DNA of 59,661 nt from Burkholderiales bacterium (GTDB taxonomy: Bacteria > Pseudomonadota > Gammaproteobacteria > Burkholderiales > JACQAP01), in NCBI GenBank assembly GCA_046155535.1, contig JBJXFN010000032.1, positions 1 through 59,661 on the forward strand, given 5' to 3'. The translations under genes were made by a program, and so were the position numbers. Of this stretch, positions 25,562-35,418 are shown in pieces. How positions within the stretch are numbered: the stretch's first letter is position 1; the number at the start of each line of letters is the position of its first letter. Below the pieces are notes generated by a model. The model did no database searches and was not told the origin of the DNA. It saw only the letters and a program-made list of their open reading frames with translations.

Positions 25562-26218
25562 ATGAACCGACTCAGCCGGGACCAGATGGCTGCGCGCGTG
25601 GCGCGCGATATTCCGGAGGGAGCAGTGGTCAACCTCGGCATCGGAATGCCGACTCTGGTGGCCAATCATCTGCCCGATGATCGGGAGATCCTGCTGCAAA
25701 GTGAAAACGGTGTTCTGGGGATGGGCCCTGCGCCGGCACCCGGCAACGAGGATTGGGACTTGATCAATGCAGGCAAACAGCCGGTCACGCTGCTGACCGG
25801 AGGATCGTTTTTTCATCACGCGGACTCGTTTGCGATGATGCGCGGAGGACATCTGGACATCTGCGTCCTGGGCGGATTCCAGGTGTCCGTGGGCGGGGAT
25901 CTTGCCAATTGGCATACCGGCGCAGCGGACGCCATTCCTGCCGTGGGTGGCGCCATGGATCTGGCCAGTGGCGCGAAAAAGGTATTCGTGATGATGGAGC
26001 ACCTGACCAAAAGCGGGCAAAGCAAAATCGTCCGGCAGTGCAGCTACCCGCTCACCGGCATTGCCTGCGTGCATCGCATCTACACCGACCTGGCTGTGAT
26101 CGACGTGACGCCGGACGGACTGCGGGTCATCGACATGGCAGAGGGGTTGACCCTGGACGAGCTGATTCGCTTGACTGGCGTGCCGCTGGTGCTCGACCCG
26201 GGGCAGGTCGCGGCATGA
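25562..26218 (+). CDS. pcaJ: 3-oxoadipate CoA-transferase subunit B
   Basis: VNLGIGMP, SENG catalytic Glu, RGGHLD, GGAMDL. Confidence 0.92.
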   Translation: MNRLSRDQMAARVARDIPEGAVVNLGIGMPTLVANHLPDDREILLQSENGVLGMGPAPAPGNEDWDLINAGKQPVTLLTGGSFFHHADSFAMMRGGHLDICVLGGFQVSVGGDLANWHTGAADAIPAVGGAMDLASGAKKVFVMMEHLTKSGQSKIVRQCSYPLTGIACVHRIYTDLAVIDVTPDGLRVIDMAEGLTLDELIRLTGVPLVLDPGQVAA

Positions 26219-27294
26219 AGGCCTTCACCTATAACGCGCTGCCCTCCCGGGTCGTGTTCGGCGTGGGCGCGCTGGACCAACTGGGAGCCGAGGTGGAACG
26301 CCTGGGTATCCGGCGTGCCCTGGTCCTGAGCACACCGGAGCAGCGTAACGCCGCCGAAGATATTGCGCGGCGCTTGGGAAGTCGCGCCGTGGGAGTGTAT
26401 GACCGGGCCGTGATGCATGTGCCGATCGAAAGTGCAGAAGCTGCGCGCCGGGTGGCAGCCGATCTGGGCGCCGATGGGTGCGTGGCCATCGGTGGAGGGT
26501 CCACCACGGGTTTGGGCAAGGCGATCGCGCTGACTTCATCGCTGCCGATTCTGGCCATTCCCACCACGTTTGCCGGATCGGAAATGACGCCGATTCAGGG
26601 CATCACTGCCGAGGGTGTGAAGAAAACCGTGCGCGATGTGCGCATGCTGCCCAGGACCGTGATCTACGATCCGAACCTGCTGGTTTCCCTGCCTGCAAGA
26701 ATCGCCGGTCCGAGCGGCATGAACGCGATCGCGCATTGTGTCGAAGCGCTGTATACGCAGGATGCCAATCCGATCACTTCCCTGATGGCCGAGGAGGGCA
26801 TTCGCGCGCTCGCGCAAAGTCTGCCCAAGGTGGTGCGGGAACCGCAGAATCTCGATGCGCGTGCAGAGGCGCTCTATGGCGCCTGGCTGGCGGGAAGTTG
26901 CCTGGCGGTGGTCGGCATGGCGCTTCACCACAAGCTGTGCCATACGCTGGGCGGCAGTTTTAACCTCGATCATGCGCAGACCCACACGGTGGTGCTGCCC
27001 CACGCGACGCGCTACAACCGCGACGCCGCACCGGACGCCATGACGCGCGTTGCGCGTGCGCTCGGAGCGCAGGATGCGGCCGCCGGCCTGTACGACCTGG
27101 CGCTGCACCTGGGTGCGCCGGTCGCGCTGCGCGACATCGGCATGCCTGCGGATGGACTGGATCGCGCGGCCGATCTTGCCGTGAGCAACCCGTACTGGAA
27201 TCCACGCCCGATCGAGCGAGCCGCCATCCGGGAATTGTTGCAAAACGCCTGGGAGGGCAAGCGCCCGGTCTGGGGATTATCGACCACGAAATAA
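26215..27294 (+). CDS. Maleylacetate reductase (iron-containing ADH family)
   Basis: AVMHVP, GGGSTTGLGKA, PTTFAGSE, HHKLCHTLGG, HAQTH; ATGA coupling to pcaJ. Confidence 0.92.
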   Translation: MKAFTYNALPSRVVFGVGALDQLGAEVERLGIRRALVLSTPEQRNAAEDIARRLGSRAVGVYDRAVMHVPIESAEAARRVAADLGADGCVAIGGGSTTGLGKAIALTSSLPILAIPTTFAGSEMTPIQGITAEGVKKTVRDVRMLPRTVIYDPNLLVSLPARIAGPSGMNAIAHCVEALYTQDANPITSLMAEEGIRALAQSLPKVVREPQNLDARAEALYGAWLAGSCLAVVGMALHHKLCHTLGGSFNLDHAQTHTVVLPHATRYNRDAAPDAMTRVARALGAQDAAAGLYDLALHLGAPVALRDIGMPADGLDRAADLAVSNPYWNPRPIERAAIRELLQNAWEGKRPVWGLSTTK

Positions 27295-27336
27295 CGCCGA
27301 GTCGCTTCGGCAATCAAATCGCAAATCGGAGCCAAC

Positions 27337-28539
27337 ATGCCTGAAGCATTCATCTGCGCTGCGCTAAGAACACCCATCGGACGCTACGGCGGCGTACTGT
27401 CGTCGGTGCGTCCCGACGATCTGGCGGCAATTCCACTGCGGGAATTGATGGCACGTCATCCGTCGGTGGACTGGGGCGCGGTGGACGACTTGGTCTTTGG
27501 TTGCGCCAACCAGGCGGGCGAAGACAACCGCAATATCGCCCGCATGGCGCTGCTGCTGGCGGGATTGCCGAAGGAGATTCCGGCCAGCACCATCAATCGG
27601 CTGTGCGGTTCGGGCATGGATGCGGTGGGGATCGTCGCGCGCGCCATCCGGGCGGGGGAAATGGATCTGGGCATTGCGGGAGGTGTGGAGAGCATGTCGC
27701 GTGCCCCCTTTGTGATGCCCAAGGCCGACAGCGCGTTTTCCCGCACCAATGCGGTGTATGACACGACGATCGGCTGGCGGTTTGTCAATCCGTTGATGAA
27801 GCAGCGTTACGGCACCGACTCGATGCCGGAGACCGCCGAAAACGTCGCCGTCGAATACCAGGTGTCGCGGGCGGATCAGGATGCCTTTGCCTTGCGTTCT
27901 CAAGCCAGGGCTTCGACTGCACAGAAAAATGGCCGCCTGGCAAAGGAGATCGTGCCGGTGACGATCCCGGCCAAAAAAGGCGAGGCCCTGGTGGTGGACA
28001 AGGATGAACACCCGCGCGAGACCAGTATGGAGGCACTGGGAAAATTAAAGCCGATCGTCCGGCCCGAAGGGACCGTGACTGCCGGCAATGCATCGGGAGT
28101 GAACGATGGCGCCTGTGCGCTGATTCTGGCAAGCGAGGCGGGAGCGAAAAAACACGGGCTGACGCCGCTGGCGAGGGTTGTGGGCGTGGCCACCGCCGGA
28201 TGTGCGCCGCGCATCATGGGAATCGGCCCCGTGCCCGCCACCAACAAACTGCTTGCGCGTCTGGGGATGAAACTGGATCAGGTGGATGTCATTGAACTCA
28301 ATGAAGCGTTCGCAGCACAGGGACTGGCCGTGCTGCGCGAACTGGGCGTGAAGGACGACGATCCGCGTGTGAACCCGAACGGCGGCGCCATTGCGCTTGG
28401 ACATCCGCTCGGCATGAGCGGGGCGCGACTGGTGGCCACCGCGGTTCACGAAATGCGTGAACGCAATCTGCGTCGTGCCCTGACAACCATGTGTATCGGC
28501 GTCGGACAGGGGATCGCGGCGCTGATCGAACGCGTCTAG
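27337..28539 (+). CDS. pcaF: 3-oxoadipyl-CoA thiolase
   Basis: [37 protein letters not shown]. Confidence 0.93.
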   Translation: MPEAFICAALRTPIGRYGGVLSSVRPDDLAAIPLRELMARHPSVDWGAVDDLVFGCANQAGEDNRNIARMALLLAGLPKEIPASTINRLCGSGMDAVGIVARAIRAGEMDLGIAGGVESMSRAPFVMPKADSAFSRTNAVYDTTIGWRFVNPLMKQRYGTDSMPETAENVAVEYQVSRADQDAFALRSQARASTAQKNGRLAKEIVPVTIPAKKGEALVVDKDEHPRETSMEALGKLKPIVRPEGTVTAGNASGVNDGACALILASEAGAKKHGLTPLARVVGVATAGCAPRIMGIGPVPATNKLLARLGMKLDQVDVIELNEAFAAQGLAVLRELGVKDDDPRVNPNGGAIALGHPLGMSGARLVATAVHEMRERNLRRALTTMCIGVGQGIAALIERV

Positions 28540-28562
28540 CGTTTCCTTGCGGAGAAACGAAA

Positions 28563-29420
28563 ATGCGAAACCTGACCGAAGCCAACCTGACCGACGCGGT
28601 CCTGAAGAAACTCGATGGCGCGACTGATCCGAGATTCAGGCAGGTCATGACCAGCCTGATCAGGCATCTGCATGGTTTCATCCGCGATGTGGAACTGACG
28701 GAGTCGGAATGGTTCGCGGCCATCCAGTTCCTGACCGCAACCGGGAAAAAGTGCGACGACAAGCGCCAGGAATTCATCCTGCTTTCCGACACACTCGGGG
28801 TGTCCATGCTGGTGGATGCCGTCAACCACCGCCATCCTTCCGGCGCGACAGAGTCCACGGTAAGGGGCCCCTTCTATGTGGAAGGCGCGCCGGACCTGCC
28901 GCTGGGATCGGACATCGCGCACGGCGTCGAGGGCGATCCGACCTATTTTTCCGGGCGTGTTCTGACGCCGCAGCGCGAACCCATTGCGGGGGCGCTGCTG
29001 GATTTGTGGTCCACGGACGGTGAGGGCGCCTATGACGTGCAAAGGAAGGGGCAGGGGTTGCGGGCGCGCGGCAAGATCAGGGCCGATGCCCAGGGCCGTT
29101 ATGCCTTCTGGACGGTGAAGCCGGTGAGTTACCCGATACCCACGGATGGGCCGGTCGGCAGGATGCTGCTCAGGATGGGCCGGCATCCGTACCGGCCGGC
29201 ACACACCCACATGATTCTTTCGGCGCCGGGTTTCAAAACGGTGACCACGCACCTGTTCGTGGAAGGCGATGCCTATCTCGAATCGGACGCTGTATTCGGG
29301 GTGAAGAATTCCCTGGTGACGGACTTCGTTCGGCATGAACCCGGCGTGGCACCGGATGGCCGGCGTATGGACAGGGCTTACTTCACTGTCAATTTCGATT
29401 TCGGTCTGGTGCCGGCATGA
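28563..29420 (+). CDS. Intradiol ring-cleavage dioxygenase, hydroxyquinol 1,2-dioxygenase-like
   Basis: RQEFILLSDTLGVS, GPFY, YDVQ, YPIP.DGPVG, RPAH.H, DAVFGVK. Confidence 0.9.
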   Translation: MRNLTEANLTDAVLKKLDGATDPRFRQVMTSLIRHLHGFIRDVELTESEWFAAIQFLTATGKKCDDKRQEFILLSDTLGVSMLVDAVNHRHPSGATESTVRGPFYVEGAPDLPLGSDIAHGVEGDPTYFSGRVLTPQREPIAGALLDLWSTDGEGAYDVQRKGQGLRARGKIRADAQGRYAFWTVKPVSYPIPTDGPVGRMLLRMGRHPYRPAHTHMILSAPGFKTVTTHLFVEGDAYLESDAVFGVKNSLVTDFVRHEPGVAPDGRRMDRAYFTVNFDFGLVPA

Positions 29421-29496
29421 CCAGGTTCCGCGCCATGAACCGGCTCTCTGCGTTGCCCGTCTTCTGAAACGCAAACTTTGATGTCAGTGCCTCAAT

Positions 29497-29883
29497 TCAC
29501 GCAGTGCTGCCCATCTTTACCATGACTAGCACGGCGCCGCCTTCGCTGATGACGCGCGTGTCATGTCCCTTGCCCGTCAGGTCTGTGTGCAGCCACACCG
29601 ACCCCTGCGGGAAGCGTCGTATTTCGCCATCACTGACTTCGACTTCCAGTTCTCCCGACAACACGAAGATATGTCCTACGCTCGGTGCCGGGTGCCAGCC
29701 CCCGGCCCATCCGGATGGAAGCGTAATGAAACCGACTTCCCGGGCGGCGCGGAACTCGGATACATTCATTGGCGCTGCCGGTGGCGCAACATCCACCAGG
29801 GACAATTTGACCTGGACATTCCTGAAGTGGGTCTCGCCATCGGCATCGGTGTACATTTCGGTGTAATTGGGGGCGGCCAACAT
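29497..29883 (-). CDS. Cupin domain protein
   Basis: Y.DADGETHF, WHPAP, LSGE.E, DLTGKGH. Confidence 0.8.
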   Translation of the reverse strand: MLAAPNYTEMYTDADGETHFRNVQVKLSLVDVAPPAAPMNVSEFRAAREVGFITLPSGWAGGWHPAPSVGHIFVLSGELEVEVSDGEIRRFPQGSVWLHTDLTGKGHDTRVISEGGAVLVMVKMGSTA

Positions 29884-29924
29884 TTGATCAAATCTCCCTG
29901 AATCGTGAAAACACAGCCTATTCT

Positions 29925-30110
29925 AGGACTGACCCGGGCGTCCATCCAGAATGATCAGAATCTGGTAGAACACGAACGCGGTTGACGCCAGGAATCCGCG
30001 CACCGGATATCGTGGCAAACAGACTGATGACACGGATGACGACCGGGGAGCCGCCGGTGACATGGGTGGTGAGGAGGGCCAGCGGGGCAGCGCTCTTGCC
30101 GCTAGTGGCA
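29925..30110 (-). pseudogene. Possible internally deleted remnant of an APC-family amino acid permease
   Basis: SAAPLALL..VTGGSPVVIRVISLFATISGA, then in another frame LASTAFVFYQILIIL; no start codon; recognition by eye only. Confidence 0.3.
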
Positions 30111-30268
30111 GGAATCGCTATCTCGTGATAGGGTTCGCAATGATCGGTCCCTCTGTGGACGGGATTCGCTCGAACCCGGAAAAAACTGGCGGCCGTCGAC
30201 CTGCGTTTCATCAGGGGCACCGATTCCAGTGGAGTAAGAAAAAAAATACTTGATCGAGGAGGGGAAAA

Positions 30269-31372
30269 ATGAAGAAGATTTTCGAGGTTTCCGGCGTTGC
30301 GGCATGTGTATTTGCGCTGGTCGTCACGGCAGGTTGTGGCAGTAAGAGCAAAGAGGAATCAGGCGCTGATACGAGTAGTTCTGCCGCGCCAGCCGCCAAG
30401 AAAGTCACGTTGAAAATGGCCAGCCTGTTTCCTGGTTCGCTGCAATTGCTTGGCGACAGCGCGATCAAGTTGTCGAAGACCGTCGACGTGATGTCGGCCG
30501 GTACGCTCGATCTGAAGTTCTTTGAGCCCGGCGCACTGGTCCCCGGTCTGGAGGCAATTCCGGCGACATCGAAAGGCTCGGTGGATGCGGCATGGTCAAG
30601 CCCCGGATTCTTCGCGGGCGTGGACACCACCTTCAGTTTCTTCTCAGCCGTGCCTTTTGGCGCCGCCCCGACCGAGTTCCTGGCGTGGATGTACTACGGT
30701 GGCGGCCTTGAGCTTTCGACCGAAATGTTCGGCGCACACAATATCAAGCCGATACCCTGCCAGATGATTCCGCCGGAAGCCTCTGGCTGGTTTCGCAAGG
30801 AGATCAAGACAGTCAACGACCTGAAGGGCTTGAAAATGCGTTTCTTCGGTCTCGGCGCCAAGGTGATGGACAAGCTCGGCGTGTCGACCCAATTGCTGGC
30901 GCCGGGCGACATATTCCAGTCGCTGCAACTGGGCACGATCGACGCAACCGAGTTTTCGATGCCGTCGAGCGACGAGAACTTCGGCTTTCACCAGGTTGCC
31001 AAGTACTACTACTTCCCCGGTTGGCACCAGCCTGCTTCGTTTAACGCGCTGTTCGTGAACAAGGATGTGTGGAACAAACTTTCCAACCAGCACAAGCGCA
31101 TACTCGAGGTGGCCTGTGGCGACATGGTTCGCGATGGACTGGCCAGGGGTGATGCCTCCCAGTCGCCGGCGATGCAACGCATGCGTGACAAGAACGGCGT
31201 GCAAATTCTGCAGTGGAGCGACGACATCCTGAAAGCCTACAAGAAGGCCTGGGACGAAGTGGTGGCGGAGGAGTCGGCGGCCAACCCCAACTTCAAGAAA
31301 GTCCATGACTCCTACGCGAAATTCCGCGAAGAATACAAGTTGTGGGGAAAAAACGGCTACCTGAAGCAGTAA
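30269..31372 (+). CDS. dctP: TRAP transporter substrate-binding protein (TakP/DctP family) with lipobox
   Basis: VTAGC lipobox, FEPGALVP, GWFRKEI..V.DLKGLKMR, YYFPGWHQ; RBS GAGGAGG. Confidence 0.92.
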   Translation: MKKIFEVSGVAACVFALVVTAGCGSKSKEESGADTSSSAAPAAKKVTLKMASLFPGSLQLLGDSAIKLSKTVDVMSAGTLDLKFFEPGALVPGLEAIPATSKGSVDAAWSSPGFFAGVDTTFSFFSAVPFGAAPTEFLAWMYYGGGLELSTEMFGAHNIKPIPCQMIPPEASGWFRKEIKTVNDLKGLKMRFFGLGAKVMDKLGVSTQLLAPGDIFQSLQLGTIDATEFSMPSSDENFGFHQVAKYYYFPGWHQPASFNALFVNKDVWNKLSNQHKRILEVACGDMVRDGLARGDASQSPAMQRMRDKNGVQILQWSDDILKAYKKAWDEVVAEESAANPNFKKVHDSYAKFREEYKLWGKNGYLKQ

Positions 31373-31386
31373 ACGTGTGCTGATGT

Positions 31387-31417
31387 AAAGAGCGGGCGAC
31401 CTTTTCTCCCGCTCTTT
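31387..31417 (+). terminator. Stem-loop after dctP (attenuator or mRNA-stabilising hairpin)
   Basis: aaagagcggg N11 cccgctcttt. Confidence 0.65.
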
Positions 31418-31439
31418 GCATTTTCAAGAGGCAAAAATA

Positions 31440-32018
31440 ATGGAAAGAATGCTGCGCGCGAGTGACGCCATCGATGGCGTTTTGTACCGTGTCGCGACGG
31501 CCACAGGCTGGTTGTTCGTCGTCTGTACGATTGTCATTGCGTTTGACGTATTGTCCCGGAAATTCGGCTTCCAGATTCCAGGCCTCGGTTCGACGCGGCT
31601 GCAGGAACTCGAGTGGCACATCCACACGGCATTGTTCTCGTTCTGGCTTGGCATCGCTTATATCAAGAATGCCCACGTGCGAATCGATATCGCCTTTCTT
31701 AATTCCAAGCCGGCTACGCAGGTGTGGGCCGAGTTTCTGGGTTGTTTGATCTTTGCGATTCCCTATTGCCTGCTGGCGATCTACTTCAGCTTTGACTTCA
31801 CCTGGGTGTCCTGGGTAGACAACGAACACTCCGCCTCGTCGAACGGATTGCCGTACCGGTGGATTCCGAAGGGGTTTATCACCCTTGGCCTGATCATGCT
31901 GTTCGCGGCGGTGATGTCGACGCTGATGCGCACCATTTTGTACCTGTGGGGTCCGGAGCATCTGCGGCAGAATGCGAACGTACCCGTGATCAGGGATCAT
32001 CAGGGAGCGACGGCATGA
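31440..32018 (+). CDS. dctQ: TRAP transporter small permease
   Basis: LQELEWH, HVRIDI, 4 TM. Confidence 0.9.
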   Translation: MERMLRASDAIDGVLYRVATATGWLFVVCTIVIAFDVLSRKFGFQIPGLGSTRLQELEWHIHTALFSFWLGIAYIKNAHVRIDIAFLNSKPATQVWAEFLGCLIFAIPYCLLAIYFSFDFTWVSWVDNEHSASSNGLPYRWIPKGFITLGLIMLFAAVMSTLMRTILYLWGPEHLRQNANVPVIRDHQGATA

Positions 32019-33400
32019 ACTGGCTTGCACATCACATCTCGCTGGTACTGTTTGTCGTACTGGCACTCGCGTTGTTCTGCGGTTTCCCGGTTGCCTTCGT
32101 GCTTGGCGGAATCGCGATCATATTCGGCGGCATAGGCATGCTGCTCGGTGTTTTCGAGCCGGTGCAGTTTTTCAATCTGATGCCGCGAGTGTGGGGCTCG
32201 GCTGCGTCCAATTCGATTCTGGTTGCCGTGCCGATGTTTATTTTCATGGGTACCCTGCTCGAGCGTAGCGGCGTGGCAAATGATCTGTTGCATACCCTGC
32301 AAGTGCTCTTCCGGCGGATTCCCGGCGGACTGGCCATGTCGGTCACCCTCATGGGAACCATCATGGCGGCGACCACCGGGATTGTCGGCGCGTCGGTGGT
32401 CATGCTCACCTTGATCGCATTGCCATCGATGATGGAGCGCGGCTACGACAAGCAACTCGCCGTGGGCACGATTGCGTCGGCCGGCACACTGGGCATTCTG
32501 ATTCCCCCGTCGATCATGCTGGTGATCATGGGGGATCTGTTATCGGTATCGGTTGGCGCGTTGTTTGCTGCCGCCGTCTTGCCGGGGCTGCTGCTGGCCG
32601 CGCTCTACCTGATCTATATCTGCTGGACGAGCTTCAGACACCCGGAGCGCGCTCCGCCTTTGCCCGACGATGTCGGACCGAAGTCGACTGCCGAGCTTCT
32701 CAAGATGATCGGCAAGAGCTTTTTCCCGCCGACATTGCTGATCACACTGGTGCTGGGTTCGATATTCGGAGGTTGGGCAACGCCGACGGAAGCCGCCGGT
32801 GTTGGGGCGATCGGCGCCATGTTTCTCGCCTGGATGAACAAGCGCCTGGACATGCGGACCTTGAAGGACGTCATCGAACGCACCGGCTTGACCAACGGCA
32901 TGGTGTTCTTCATATTCTTCGGCGCCACGCTGTTCTCCTACGTATTTCGCTCGCTTGGCGGGGACGACCTGATTGTTGAGCTGCTTGCGACGATCGGCAT
33001 TGATACCGGGTGGGAAATTCTCACATTCATGCTGGTACTGACTTTCCTGCTCGGATTTTTCTTCGACTGGATTGAAATTGTACTGATCGTCCTGCCGGTG
33101 TTTGCGCCGATCTTGCAGCAGGTCGATTTCGGCACGCATATCGGTGCAGGCGGCCCGATCGTATTCCTGACATGGTTCGTGGTCATGATGTCAGTGAATC
33201 TGCAGACGTCTTTCCTGACGCCGCCGTTCGGCTTCACGCTCTTCTATATGAAAGGCGCGGTGCCGCCTTCAATCAACATGGGACATATTTATCGCGGCAT
33301 CGTCCCCTTTGTCGTGTTGCAAGTGATCGGCATGTTACTGGTAGTGGTGTTCCCCGAGATCGCGTTGTGGCTGCCGCGAGCAGCCGGGTTCCTGAATTGA
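32015..33400 (+). CDS. dctM: TRAP transporter large permease
   Basis: AVPMFIFMG, SAGTLGILIPPSI, ATPTEAA, SFLTPPFG. Confidence 0.94.
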   Translation: MNWLAHHISLVLFVVLALALFCGFPVAFVLGGIAIIFGGIGMLLGVFEPVQFFNLMPRVWGSAASNSILVAVPMFIFMGTLLERSGVANDLLHTLQVLFRRIPGGLAMSVTLMGTIMAATTGIVGASVVMLTLIALPSMMERGYDKQLAVGTIASAGTLGILIPPSIMLVIMGDLLSVSVGALFAAAVLPGLLLAALYLIYICWTSFRHPERAPPLPDDVGPKSTAELLKMIGKSFFPPTLLITLVLGSIFGGWATPTEAAGVGAIGAMFLAWMNKRLDMRTLKDVIERTGLTNGMVFFIFFGATLFSYVFRSLGGDDLIVELLATIGIDTGWEILTFMLVLTFLLGFFFDWIEIVLIVLPVFAPILQQVDFGTHIGAGGPIVFLTWFVVMMSVNLQTSFLTPPFGFTLFYMKGAVPPSINMGHIYRGIVPFVVLQVIGMLLVVVFPEIALWLPRAAGFLN

Positions 33401-33437
33401 CGCCGCTTTCCGGCGGGGCAATACGGACCGGGTTGTA

Positions 33438-33468
33438 CACAAACGGGGCGCCAAGCGCCCCGTTTGTG
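33438..33468 (+). terminator. Hairpin after dctM, likely intrinsic terminator
   Basis: Perfect 14-bp stem cacaaacggggcgc-caa-gcgccccgtttgtg. Confidence 0.75.
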
Positions 33469-33494
33469 AAATTGCGTTCGGGCACGTCGTGATT

Positions 33495-33824
33495 GGCCCG
33501 CGCGAATTCTGCAAAGTCGTAAAGGCGTGAGCGGCCGAAATAGATAGGCCGGATTGGATGTGCTTCGGTGGCGTCACGGGCTGGACGCGTTCTTCCGCGA
33601 TCGCCGGCGCCGCCGGCATGCCGCTTTCCAGCCATTTATATCCAGAGGTTTCGGCGCAACTGCTCCGCGTCAGCGAATCGACGGACTGGTTGGAGCGGGG
33701 CGACCGGGCCCAGCCCGTCCTGGCGGTACCCTTTCTGGCGAAAGATGGCTTTGCACACCGATCGAATACGCCGGGGAACGAACTGGCTTGGGACGAAGCG
33801 GCGACTGAGAAATTTGCAATCTGA
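33495..33824 (+). pseudogene. 3' remnant of a mandelate racemase-family gene (paralogue of 57725-58054)
   Basis: Colinear 330-nt match to the intact gene end; in-frame TGA at 33528; no 5' part. Confidence 0.9.
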
Positions 33825-33949
33825 CCCTGCTCCGGCGGAGCGACGGCGACATTGCTCGTTGCAGTGCCGATTGTCGAAAGCAGAAAATGAACTGTGCATC
33901 CCGCGCCGATGTTGTTGGCGGCAGGACTCGCTGAAAAGACCATTACGCC

Positions 33950-35338
33950 ATGAATACCCATTCGCTATGGCTGGATGACCTTCAGACCGGCCAAGCGCCA
34001 GTTCAGCATCTCGTCAACGACATTACCGTCGACGTGGCAATTGTTGGCGGCGGTTTCGTTGGTCTGTGGACGGCGATTACGCTGAAGGAACTCGACCCCG
34101 GTCTGCGCGTTGCCGTGCTGGAAGCGAATCGCTGCGGCAGCGGTGCCTCAGGGCTGAACGGCGGTTTCGTGATGTCGTGGTGGCCGAAGATTGCGAGTCT
34201 GGTGCGCGTGTGCGGCCTGGATGACGCATTGTGGCTGGCGGACGAAACCACGAAATCGGTGAGTGGTTTGGCTGCGTTTCTTGGGCAACACGGCATTGAC
34301 GCAGAGTATCGACAAGCAGGCTGGCTCTGGACCGCTACGACGCCGGCCCATATCGACGCCTGGTCGGAAGTCGTTGCAACAGCGCGGCGCATCGGGCGCG
34401 GCCAGGTATTCCAGGAAGTCAGCCGCGAAGATGTTGCGCGCAGGACCGGCTCCGATGTGCATATCGCCGGTATCTGTGAGCCCGTCAATGCGACGATCCA
34501 TCCCGGAAAACTGGGCCGCGGCCTGGCGCAGATTGCCGCCAGACTGGGCGTTGAAATCTATGAAGCATCCCGCGTCGAGCGCATGGTTCGATCCAGGCCC
34601 GCCAGACTGCGCACACGACGTGCTTCGGTAACGGCTGGACAGGTCGTGATTGCGACCAACGCGTGGGCAGCGGCCGTGCCGGAACTGAAGCGGCAGTTTG
34701 TCTGCGTTGGGAGTGCCATTGTTGCCACCCCGCCAATCCCCGGGCGTTTGGCTGAAATCGGCTGGGTTGGCGGCGAAAGCATTACCGATTCGCAAACCAC
34801 AGTCAATTATTACCGAACGACCCGGGAGGGGCGCATCGTGTTTGGCAAAGGTGGCGGACGGATTTATTATTCCGGCGCGCCGCCCGCGGTGTCATTCAAT
34901 GACGCGCGCGGCATTGCGGAAGCGATTGCTGATTTTCGACGCGTGTATCCGATGTTGGCCGATGTGCCCATTGAGCGAAGCTGGTCAGGCCCGATCGACC
35001 GAACCTACGACAGCCTTCCGCTGCTGGGCAGCCTGGACGAAGCACCCAATTTTTTTTACGCAGTGGGGTGGAGCGGCAATGGCGTCAACCCAAGCCGTAT
35101 CGGCAGTCGAATCCTGGCAAGCTTGCTGCTCGGCAAACGTGATCGCTGGGCCGGGAACGGATTGATCAATCGCAAGGCGCGGAATTTCCCGCCTGAGCCG
35201 GTGCGCTATCTGGGAGGGTCGCTTGTCAGGGCCGCAATGATGCGTAAAGACAGGAAGGAAATCGCCGGAAAATCGCCTTCGACTATTGATGACGCGCTCG
35301 TGCGCCTGGCGCCGGCAGGATTGGAAGACAAAGTTTAG
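33950..35338 (+). CDS. FAD-dependent oxidoreductase, DAO/PuuB family
   Basis: IVGGGFVGLW, GSGASG.NGG, IHPGKL, W.GPID, GWSGNGV. Confidence 0.88.
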   Translation: MNTHSLWLDDLQTGQAPVQHLVNDITVDVAIVGGGFVGLWTAITLKELDPGLRVAVLEANRCGSGASGLNGGFVMSWWPKIASLVRVCGLDDALWLADETTKSVSGLAAFLGQHGIDAEYRQAGWLWTATTPAHIDAWSEVVATARRIGRGQVFQEVSREDVARRTGSDVHIAGICEPVNATIHPGKLGRGLAQIAARLGVEIYEASRVERMVRSRPARLRTRRASVTAGQVVIATNAWAAAVPELKRQFVCVGSAIVATPPIPGRLAEIGWVGGESITDSQTTVNYYRTTREGRIVFGKGGGRIYYSGAPPAVSFNDARGIAEAIADFRRVYPMLADVPIERSWSGPIDRTYDSLPLLGSLDEAPNFFYAVGWSGNGVNPSRIGSRILASLLLGKRDRWAGNGLINRKARNFPPEPVRYLGGSLVRAAMMRKDRKEIAGKSPSTIDDALVRLAPAGLEDKV

Positions 35339-35418
35339 CGATAATGACATGTACCGGCCAACTGCGGTATCGTTGAGCGGATAACCACCAGATCAATTGC
35401 ATCAATGCAGGGGGCTCA

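Noticed and set aside
33528-33530. TGA as selenocysteine or read-through
   Set aside because: It aligns to a Gly codon in the intact paralogue, and the fragment has no 5' half
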